The notes under the pieces were generated by a model. It had not been told where the DNA came from, did not search any database, and saw nothing but the letters and a program-made list of their open reading frames with translations. From the human T2T-CHM13v2.0 reference genome, Homo sapiens, in the NCBI RefSeq assembly GCF_009914755.1, contig NC_060928.1: a stretch of DNA of 64,000 nt. One strand, given 5' to 3'. Positions 24,872-35,420 of this stretch are shown here, in pieces. The first letter of the stretch is position 1. Each line of letters begins with the position of its first letter. The translations under genes were made by a program, and so were the position numbers.

Positions 24872-27800
24872 TCACTTGCACTTGATAAGAATGTGTATTC
24901 TGTTGCTGTTGGATGGAATGTTTTTTATTTGTCTGTTAGATCCATTTGGTCTAAAGCATAGTTCAAGTCTAATGTTTTCTTATTGATTTTCTGTCTGAAT
25001 GATCTGTCCATTGTAGAATGAATGGGATTAAGTCTTCTACAATTATTATATTGTGATCTGTGTGTCCTTTCAGATCTATTAATATTTGTTTTTTATATTT
25101 AAATTCTCTGTTGTTGGGTGCCTATATATTAACAATTGTTATATCTTCTTGATGAATTGATTTATTTGTTATTATATAATGACTATATTTGTCTCCATTT
25201 ACAGTTTTTGACACAAAGTCCATGTTATCTGTGTAGATATCTTGCTGTCTTTTACACTTGCACCAAATTTTTTTTTTTCATTATTTCACTTTCAATCTAT
25301 TTGGATCTTTAAAGGTTAAGTGAGTCTTAGTTTCTACTGAGAAGTCTGTTATTTCTTATTGGAACTCCATTATTTGTGATTTGCTTCTTTTTTCTTACTA
25401 TGTTCAAGATTCGCTCCTTGACTGTAGTTTTTGAAGTTTGAAGTTGTATTTGTATAGTCTTGTTTGTATTTAACCTGATTGAAGGCATTTGGCTTTCTTG
25501 TAGGTGGATATTTATATCTTTTCCCGAGCATATTGTTGGATTTTAGTTTTTTGTTTGTTTGTGTTTACCTATTTAGCAAGTCTGTCTTTTAGTAAGAGAA
25601 TGTATTTATTTGCATTCAAGATAGTGACTAATAGATAAGGACATAATCCTGCCATTTCGTTAACTGTTTTCTGTTTCTTTTTTTTGTAGACACTTTGCAC
25701 CTTTATTTCTGTCTTGTTATCTTCCTTTATGATTGGATAGTTTTCTTTAGAGAATGCTTTGATTTCTTACTTTTCATATTTTGTGTGCCTACTGTAGGGT
25801 TTGCTTTGTGGTACCATGAGGCTTACATAAGACATCTTATAGTGATAGACAGTAATTTACACTGATAGCAATGAGCTTTTATTGCATAAAATCACATTGC
25901 ACTTTTACTATGCCATCCTCCCACACATTTTATGTTTTTGATGTAACAATCTGCATCTGATTATATTATGTATTCCTTAACAAATTATCCTAGACATTAT
26001 TATCTTTAATATTTCTGTCTTTTAACCTGCATACTAAAGATATAGTAATTTACACACCACCATTACAAGGTTAGAATATTCTGAATTTGACTCGTACTTA
26101 CTTTTACCAGTGAGTCTTACACTTTCATAAGTTTCTGTACTATGAAATATCACCCTTTTCTTTCAGCTTGAAGAATTCCCTTTAGCTTCTCTTGTAAAAT
26201 AGATCTGGTGTTTCACCTTTTGTTTTAATTATTTATCCCTCTTTCATTTCTAAGGAACAGTTTTGCCAGCTACAATATTCTTGGATGGTAGGTTTTTTTG
26301 TTTTTTTTTTTTTTTCCTTCAGTATTTCGAACATGTCATCCTACACTCTCCCAACCCATAAGGTTTCTATTGAGATTTCTGTTGGTATTTCTTATTGGAA
26401 CTCTCTATGTGGATGTGATTTGTTTCTTTTTTCTTACTGTGTTCAAGATTATCTCTTTGACTTTGATTTGTAAAGTTTGATTATAACATGTTTTGGTATA
26501 GTCTTGTTTAGATTGAGTCCAGTTGAAGGCCTTTGATCTTCTTTTACCTGAATATTTATATCTTTCCCCAGATTTGGAAAGTTTTCTGCTATTTCTTTAA
26601 CTAAGCTCTAACTTCCTTATCTCTCTCTTATCCTTCTTGCACTTCTGTAACTCTCGCACTTCTGTAAACAGTTGCTGTTTTAATGCTGCTCCATAAATCC
26701 CATAAGTGTTCTTCACTCATTTTCATTATTGTTTTCCTTATTTCTTCTAATTCCTATGATCACATATTTTTAAATAATTTGTCTTTGAGTTCACAAATTC
26801 TACTGCTTAATCAATTCTTCTGTTGATGTTCTTTATTGCAATTTTTTTCTATTTATTATATTTTACTCCAGAATTTCTGTTTGATTTTTAAAAATAATTT
26901 TAATCTTTTTGTTGAATTTTTTTGTTTAGATCATTTATTGTTTTCCTAATTTCATTGAATTTTTTCTCTGTATTTTTTGAAGTTCACTGAGTTTCCTTAA
27001 TATAATTACTTTGAATTATTTATTGTGTAGTTCATGTATCTCCATTTCTTTAGAGTTTGTTACTGATTCTTTATTTTGTTCTTTTGGTGGTGTCATGTTT
27101 TCCTGATTGTTCTTTATCTCATGGCTGTGTGTTGCTGTCCACATGTTTGAAGACTTGTGAACTTACTTTAATCTTTGATTGGCTTTGACTGGGAATATCC
27201 TTCAACAGTCAGCTCAACAAGATTCTGGGCAGGCCACTTGGCTTGATGCTGGAATTTTAGGGCAGGGTTTCCTAGTGCCTGAGTTAACATGTGGGTGGGG
27301 CTGGTGCCTAGATCTGCAGGACTGGACCTGAGTCCTGGAGCCAATGGGATAGACCTCTTGATTGAGCCTTTGTGGTTAGGCCTGGAGCCTGGGTCCATAA
27401 GGGCTGGCCTAAAGCCATGAAGGCTAGGTCCAAAGAAGTTGACCCAGTGTTAGAATTAGCCTTGAATCTGTATCTTCATGGTCATACCAGGCACTGGGAT
27501 AAGCTAGGCATCTTAGTCCACTAAGATAGGCTTGGAGCCTAAGTCCATATGGGCAGGCCTGGGGCTGGGGACTAGATCTATAGGGGTAGACCTGGAGCCT
27601 TGGACTGTGAGGGCTGGCCTGGCACAAGAGTCCAGTGGAATGGACCTGGATTCTAGATCTGCTACAGCCAGCCTGGACTCTGGGTCCACTGAAGTCTGAG
27701 GTTGCAGGAACTGACCCAGACCTGGGACCAGTCTGGTACTGGGGCAAAGTAAAGGCTGGGCCTGTGGGGGCTATTCTGGAGCCTAGGATTTTGGTTACTT

Positions 27801-28889
27801 TTCTAATGCATGGAGCCATGGTGGCTGGCCTAGAGGATAGATCTGCAAGGACTGGCCTAGATCCTGGGGCCATGAGGACCAGCTTGTAACCCATGTACAC
27901 AATGGTGGTTTTGGAGCCTTGGTCCATGGCTTACAGTCCAGTGCTAGGATATAGTGGGACAGTCCTGGAACCTGGGTCTACTAGAATAAGCTTGGATCCT
28001 AGGTCTGCTGTAACATGGTGCTATAAGGGCCAGTCTGGGGAGTGGGGCCTCAGGGAGTAATAGCCTGGCACTGGACAAGCCTGGGTCCTATGCCTACAGG
28101 TGCCAGGTTGATGCCTGAAGGCAGGGGTGTTGACTTCATGCCAGGGTGAGCCTGAATTGGGGAGCTGTGTGGGTTGACCTGGCTTAGGGCTGGTTGGAAA
28201 TCTAGGGCTGGCTTGGAAGCTGGAATCACAAGGTCTTGTCTGGCAGTGAGTAGGTCTGATACTTGTATCTACAGGGACCAGCCAGGAGGCTGAATCTGAA
28301 GATGCTGGCCTGATGACTAGGCTTGGAGTGCATGGCATGGCACTAGGGCAGTCCTGAAGCCTGGTGCCTTAGGTATCAGTCTAGTGCTGAAGGTAAAATG
28401 GAGGTCAGGGCTGTCAGGTAGCCTTGCCCTGAGGCAAGACTTGTGAATAAGTCTGTTGGGGTTGGCCTGGTACTGGGGCAGGGTGAGTGCTGGGTCAGGT
28501 CCAAAGTCTGGAGCTATACAGGCCTGCCCAAAACTGTGTTTTACTATAGTGGGCCTAGTATTGGGGACTGAAACAACGTCTAGTGCTCATTTCTCTCTCT
28601 TTTCTCCAAATGGATTGTATCTTTCTCCATTCTGTGCTGCCTGGATTTAGAAAAAGAGCAATGAGAGTAATGTAAAACCATCCTTCTCACTGTCTTCAAT
28701 GAATCTTTCCTTATTTGTGCTTCACCCAGGTGCTGTTATGTCTCACCTCGTTTCTCTAGCTCTGATGAAGGTATTTTTGTGCATGGATAGTTGTTCAAAT
28801 TGATGTTTTTGCAGGGAATGAGCACTGGAAAGTCCTATTCCATAATTTTACTGATGCGATGCCCTGGCTTTTCTCCACATCTCTGAAAT

Positions 28890-29134
28890 CTAAATTCTAG
28901 GCACACACGCTTGGCCTCTTTGGCATCCCTTGTATTGGCTATTCCCTCTGCAAATGTCTTCTCCAAAATATCTGCATGACTATCTAACTTACTACCATCT
29001 AAGCCCAAATGTCATCTTCTCAATGAGCTATACCCTGATGACTTTATTTAAAATTGCAAACTATCCCTTCTCCCACCCCTCCAAAATCCCCACTTTGCTT
29101 TATTTTTGTTGAATTTATCACTTTTTAAATATAC
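28890..29134 (+). mobile_element. L2 continuation
   Basis: tggctattccctctgc..aaatgtcatcttctcaatgag..ttatttaaaattgcaa. Confidence 0.75.
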
Positions 29135-29689
29135 TGTGCAGAAAAGAGTTAACATAGCAGGACTAACTGCTGTTCTTTGAAAGGCCTGCTTATAGGTTTG
29201 TTCCTTGGCTGGTATCTGGGAACTTGGTTTTTGGAGAGTTTCTAAAACTTAACTAACAGCTAAGAGTGACTTATTGTGCCTAAACTGTGTAAACAATATG
29301 GTTTATGTTGAGCATCTGTTTTTTTCCCTAAGAGTCTGAGATTTGGGTATATGCCAGGCAGAGGATGCCTATGTGATCAGCCTCCAATAAAAGCTGGGTG
29401 TCGTCTCTAATGAGCTCCCCTTGTTGGCAACGTTTTACACATTGCCATAATTTGTTCCTGGGGGAATTAAGTGAAGGACTCCATTGGGAGAAGACTCTGG
29501 AAGTTTGCATCTGGTTTCCTCCAGATTTTTTTCCTGCATCTTTTTGCTTTTCTTGTTTACTTTGTATCCTTTCACTGTCATAAATTATAGCTACAAGTCC
29601 AATGATATTCTGAGTCCTATGAGACCTCCCAATATTAGAGGTCCATAAATCATCAAATCTGGAAGTGGTCTTAAAGATCTCCCAACACA
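29135..29689 (+). mobile_element. Solo LTR, MER21-like
   Basis: Starts TGTGCAGAAAAGAGTTAACATAGCAGG; AATAAA near 29386; ends cccaacaCA. Confidence 0.8.
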
Positions 29690-29694
29690 TATAG

Positions 29695-30677
29695 TATATT
29701 AGTTAGGTTTCTCCAGAGAAAGAGGTTCAATAGGCTATAGATAGATGGATACATAGATAAAAAGAGATTTATTGTGAGGGATTGGCTGCTACAGTTATGG
29801 AGGTTGGGAAGTCCCACAATCTTCTGTTTATAACTTATTAGCACAGGAAAGCCAGTGGTGTATTTTCATTCCAAACCTGACATCCTGAGAACCAGGAGAG
29901 CTGTCTTTGTCTGTTTAGTAACTATACAGGAATACTTGAGTCAGAGTAATTTATAAGGAAAAAGAGGCTTATTTGGCTTATGGTTCTACAGTCTGTACAA
30001 GAAGCATGGTGACAACATCTGCTGGTTTCTGGTGAGGTCTTCAGGCTGCTTCCACTCATGGGAGAAAGCAAAGGGGAACTGGTGTGCGCTGAGAGCCTAT
30101 GGCAAGTGAGGAAATGAAAGAGAGAGGGGAGGTGCCAGACTATTTTTAACAATCAGGTCTTTTGGGAATTAACAGAGTAAGAATTCACTCATTCCTGCCT
30201 CAGGGAGGGTATTAATCTATTCATAAGGAATCTGCCTCCAACACCCAGATACTTAATGCTCCCTAATGGGAGCATTAGGCTCACCTGTCAGATTTGATCT
30301 TAATGGAGATCAAATTTCAACATAAAGTTTAGAGGGGTCAAACATCCCTACTATACCAGGAGCCAGTGGTGTAAGTCCTGATCTGAGTCCACAGACCCAA
30401 GAACCAAGATTGCTGATGTCTGATGTCACGGAAAACTGGATGTACCACCTCGAGCAGAAAGAACATCTACTTTTTGTCTGCCCTTTTGTCTTCTTCAAGT
30501 GCTCCGCAGATTGCATAATGCCCAGCTGCATTGATAAAGGCCATCTTTGCTCAGTCTACCAGTGCAAATTCTACTGTCTTCTGGAAACATTCTTACAGAG
30601 ACACAGAAATAATGTTTTATAAGATATTTGGGCATCCCTTAGCCCAGTCAATTTGGTACATAAAATTAACCATCACA
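29695..30677 (-). mobile_element. MLT2B-family (ERVL) LTR split by an MST insertion
   Basis: tattagttagg..ctccagagaaa at the left end and cataaaattaaccatcaca at the right end; TSD-like tatag/tattg. Confidence 0.8.
29902..30358 (-). mobile_element. MST (MaLR) LTR nested in MLT2
   Basis: gtaatttataaggaaaaagagg..caaatttcaacat..ggggtcaaacatcc; TSD-like agagc/ggagc. Confidence 0.85.
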
Positions 30678-30845
30678 TATTGTATACAATTTATTTATGT
30701 GTCTTTATCCATTTTTTTAATTTTTTCAATTATAAGTTCGACAAGATATAAATTCTCATTGGTTTTGTAGCTTAATATATCCCAAATGCCTAAATGCACC
30801 CAGCTTATAGTAAATACTGAACATATATTTGTTGAATTAATGATA
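30678..30845 (+). mobile_element. L2 3' terminus
   Basis: tcccaaatgcctaaa..atagtaaatactgaacatatatttgttgaattaatga. Confidence 0.7.
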
Positions 30846-31323
30846 AATTCAATTATATTTTGGGGGAAAAGATTCTGAGTAAATTTACCAAGAAACATTC
30901 ATTAAAGAAGGCCTATTAAAATATAAAAATTATATAATAAAGCTTAAAGAAAATGAAGTTATACCATATGATTAAATAGTAAAATTAAATACTATGAAAA
31001 TGCTAATTTCCCCAAATTAGTATATAGGTTTAAATAATGTCTAATAAAAACCAAAGATTATATTTTTGACAATATTATTTAAAAATTCAACAGAAAAAAA
31101 TCATTTTTAAATGTTATAGTCCACAGTTTCTTATTTGTCCTTTATCTGTACTCATATTCTAAACCTGTATTCTTACTTCATTGCTTCCTTTAACTTGCCT
31201 TCAACTATTATTCAAAAATTTTAACAATATCCAAACTATATTCTGTCTTTATATTCTATTCTGACATTCAGGATCATATCATAAACTTGCTAAGCAAAAT
31301 ACATACATATGTGTATATACATG

Positions 31324-31324
<1 letters not shown>

Positions 31325-31355
<31 letters not shown>

Positions 31356-31356
31356 A
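31325..31356 (+). repeat. (CA)n microsatellite
   Basis: Directly visible. Confidence 0.9.
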
Positions 31357-32032
31357 AGTCGAATTCCTCCTTTCTATTCTCTTCCAACCACCCTCTTAAG
31401 AAGTAGAAACACTGTACATACTACAAGAAAATCTACAAATATTTTACCTCTACCAAAGAGGTTAGCAAGACTAACACATTCTCCTTCCTTTGCCTCTCCT
31501 GATTTTGTCCATTTTCTTCCACTCCAACTTTAGTTGAAAAATACTTTGATTTAAATTTAAGCATACATGTTTTAAACTTATTTTTTTAAATACAAGGGAG
31601 TTTTTGAAAAATGAAAATGAGTACATGGCTAAGATAGGGTGATAGATAAGAGCATTGAAGAACCCTTGAAGAAAAGAGTAAATAAAAGACAACATATTGG
31701 AAGAGCCACTTTCAAGAACAGTAAAGCCAAAGTTACAAGAAATAATAGAAATCATGGGGAGTAAACAAAGAAAAGTAGTTTCTGTAGTAAGGGACATAAT
31801 TATTTGTGTAGTCGCATATCCTAAGCTCCTTGGTGTGAAGTAGGAGTAGTGAAGGGAGGGAAAATGACCTGGCATAAATAATGAGAATAAAGAGAGAAAT
31901 CTATTACATCATCCATCCCAGAAGTATAAAGGATAATGGGAGAAAAAATACTAACAGTTAAGAGAAATGAAGAAGAAGCAGAGTCCAAGGGGAAAGTCAG
32001 ATTTTAGATAAAACAATGAAGTGAATATGACT

Positions 32033-33030
32033 TATGATGTGAATATTTGTGTCCCTTCAAAATTTGTGTGTTAAAATTTTAAGTCCCAAAATAATAGTAT
32101 TAAGAGGTGGAGTATTTTTAGATAATTAGTGTCCTTATAAAACTGTTTCCAGAGGGCTACCTGCCTGCTTCCAATATATGCAAACACAGCTAGAAAGCAC
32201 TGTCTATAAGGAACAGGCCCTCAACAGACACCAAGTCCACCAGTGACTTTTCTTATCTTCCCAGACTCCAGAACCGTGAAAAATAATTTGTTTTTTTTTT
32301 AATAAGTCACCTAAAGTCTTTTTGTTATTGCAACCCAAACAGACTAAGACAGAAATTGGTACTGGGATTGGGATGTTGTTATAACAAATACCTAATAAGT
32401 CACTTTATAGAAAGCCTCAGTTTTTTTAGATAATATCTAGGTGGTTATGAATTGAATGTTGGTAGATATATGAATGATAAAGACCATTTTGATGAGGTCT
32501 TAAGGAAAAATTAACATGTCATCAGAAACAGGAATTAAGGTTACCCTTGTTACAAAGTTGCAAAGAACTAGGGTAAATTGGTTTTGGTTTTGTGTCTTAG
32601 TGTTTTGTATTAGGTAGAAGTTGTAAGTAATAAAACTTAGTACTTGGCTAAGGTAATTTCTAAGTATAGTGTTGAAGTTGCATCATGGTTTCTCTTAAAT
32701 GCTTATTGTAAAATGCAAGGAGAGAAATTATACTAAGACAATTTTTAATCAAAAGAAAAGCAAAACCTAAAGATCTAGAAAATTCTCATCCTGTACATAT
32801 TGAAAAGAATGAGAAACAGTATTCAGGAGAGAATACCAAAGATAATGCCAAGTGATGATTAAACAAGCTTAGTATGGATTAACCATTTCTATGAAAGTCA
32901 GGTGTTATTCATCAATTTGGGTAACAGGCTGGAAGAGTTTTGAGTTAGATGTTAGAAACAGTGTACATTGCCATAAACAATTGATTAAGGGTAATTCTGG
33001 TGAGGCCTCAGAAGAAGACGAAAACTGCTT
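32033..33030 (+). mobile_element. MLT1A-type MaLR LTR (32033-32351) plus internal sequence
   Basis: tgaatatttgtgtccc..aaacagactaagaca followed by gaaattggtactggg (MaLR internal start). Confidence 0.8.
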
Positions 33031-33047
33031 CCTGATTATATTTATAT

Positions 33048-33263
33048 ATCTAAAATAGTTGAATTAATAAAAACAGTGAGAAGTATGGTGGTTTCCAGGA
33101 ACAGGAGGGAAGAAATAGGGAGCCGCTGTTTTACAGGTATCAATTTCAGTTACAGAGATTTGCTGTACAACATTTTGCCTATAGTTGGAAATACTTTATT
33201 TCACACTTAAAATTTGTAAGAGGGTACCTGTCATGTTCAGTTTCTTTAACCACAATTTAAAAA
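33048..33263 (+). mobile_element. Old L1 3' end (L1MA9/L1MB-like)
   Basis: gagatttgctgtacaacatt..acacttaaaatttgtaagagggta..taaccacaat. Confidence 0.75.
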
Positions 33264-33699
33264 TGAAGGGAAATTCATAGTATTTTTCAACATTTTTTGG
33301 TTAAGAGAGAGCGTTTTTCAAATTTTACACCTTTGGTGGAGAGGCAGGGCTCAAACTATTACAAGTAGTAAATAGTTCTCAAAATTATTTAACGTGAATT
33401 GTTCTGGTTTCATGCTCTGTAACAAACAAAAGAAGTCTCATTTGGTTTTCCATACACATTTGTGAAACAGATTATTTTTAAAATAAACTTTATATTTTAA
33501 AATAATTTTAGATGTATAGAAAGTTGCAATGACAGTGCAGAGATTTTCCTTACGCTCCTCACCCAATTTCACCCATTGTTGCCAAAAAATGAAGTTGTGC
33601 TTTCATGTCCTTAAGTCTGAGGAGTGGACTAGCCAGACATCTCTCAGGAAAGAGCACCTAGAATCCAGAGAACTCTAGGTAGAATAAACAAATCCATAT

Positions 33700-34462
33700 A
33701 TATTATATCATTGAGGATTTAGGCAGGAGATAGAGCCTACTCTAGTCTTTTCAATGGAAGAAATTTACTATTAAAAAAATATTAACTATTTAAAGGGCAT
33801 GATGTACAAAAATGAGAAAAAAAAACTCTAATGATTACTGGGACAGTTGATGTAAGTATTAGCCATAACCTTTAGAAATAAAGGAAACTATCCAAAGAAA
33901 GAATAAACTTGGAATAACCTGCTCTCCCTCAAGGTGGAGATTCAGATCCTATTAGGGCAGAAGCTGTTGTGGCCCATTAGATGGCAGAGAAGATCTCTGA
34001 GGCTAAGTTTAGTGAGCAGGACTTCACTCAATGAGTGCCATTGGTACTTGTAAGGAAGCTGCTGGTATGTCTGCGAAACTAACTAGGAAATTTCCCATTG
34101 GGATTCTGGTGAAATTTATTTATTAATCTGTCTACAAAGATGCTAGCAAAACTGCCAGAAATGTACTTAATGAGATACTAGCAAAACTTGCTGGTGTGCC
34201 ACTGAGTCTCTGGCACACCACTGGTAAGAAACTCATTTGCTGACAAAGAAGTTGCCAGCGCCAGGGAGTCACTGTTGGCAGCCATGCTGTGAGAACAAGA
34301 ATCAGAATTCCCTTCTGCTTGTAGTGCCCTCTACTGACAAGGTTACCATTTTGCTGGATGGCAAAGGAAATATGGTAACAGGGCCCAGCCCCAGTATCAC
34401 CAATCAGGGCAAATGAAGGTAGATTTAGAGATGAGAGGCAATTAATTGATAACTGGTTCACA
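33700..34462 (-). mobile_element. Old ERVL LTR, LTR41-like
   Basis: Minus strand starts TGTGAACCAGTTATCAATTAATTGCCTCTC..TCCTTTGCCA..TTGTCAGTAGAGGGCAC. Confidence 0.6.
34321..34339 (-). promoter_or_regulatory. Candidate CTCF motif
   Basis: Minus TGTCAGTAGAGGGCACTAC versus core CCASYAGRKGGCRS, one mismatch. Confidence 0.5.
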
Positions 34463-34846
34463 TATTAGGTGTCAACTCAACTAAGAGTACATGTAACAAG
34501 GACACAAATATCCTTCCTTCATTCAGATGTGGGAAAAATATATATAGCTTCTTTGTTTCTTTATAACTCTTCCTCATGAGCCAAAAGCATCTGAGTAGCA
34601 GAAAAATAAAACTCACTATATTTTACTCCAATCCTTTAGATTTATTACATTGTTATAATGTAAACATCCATTTTATACATGTACTCAGTATGGTTATATG
34701 AAATGCTCTGCCTCTTAAATTACCTCTCACTCCTACAACGAAATCAAAGATGGCTGGAAAGATGTGAGTGCTTAGGTTAATGCAGCATCTTAGGAATGAG
34801 TGGAAGAATCCTTGGAGCTACACAGTGTCCTCTACATTACCCTATA

Positions 34847-35420
34847 CATGATGGTTAATATTAGGTGTCAACTTGATTGGATTAAGTGATGCCTAAATGG
34901 CTGGGTAAAGTATCATTTCTGGGTGTTGTCTGTGAGGGTGTTGCCAGAGGAGATTGACATTTGAGTTGGAAAAGGAGAGGAAGACCCACTCTCAATGTGG
35001 GTGGGCACCACCCAATCGGCTGCCAGCTGGCTAGAACACAGCAGGCAGAAGAAGATGGGATAACCTTGCTTGCTGAGTCTCCTGGATTTCTTCTTGTGAT
35101 GGACACTTGCTTCCACTCCTCTTGCCCTTGGACATCACACTCTCGGTTCTTCAGGCTTTGGACTCTGGGACTTGCACCAGTGGCTTGCAGGGGTTCTAGG
35201 GCCTTTGGCAACAGACTGAAGCCTGCACTGTTGGTTTCCCTGGTTTTGAGGCTTTTGGATTTGGACTGAGCCACTACCAGCTTCTTTCTTCCCCAACTTA
35301 CAGATGACCTATCATGGGATCTCACCTTATATAATGTAAGCCAATTCTCTCTAATTAACTTCCCTTCATATATACATATATCCTATTTGTCTGTTTCTCT
35401 GAAGATTTCTGACTAATATA
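34847..35420 (+). mobile_element. MLT2A/B (ERVL) solo LTR with perfect TSD CTATA
   Basis: gatggttaatattaggtgtcaacttgattgg..ctgactaata; TSD at 34842-34846 and 35421-35425. Confidence 0.9.

Noticed and set aside
27168-28650. Cluster of 64-167 aa ORFs
   Set aside because: They arise from the repetitive GC-rich L1 5'UTR and show no protein-family signature
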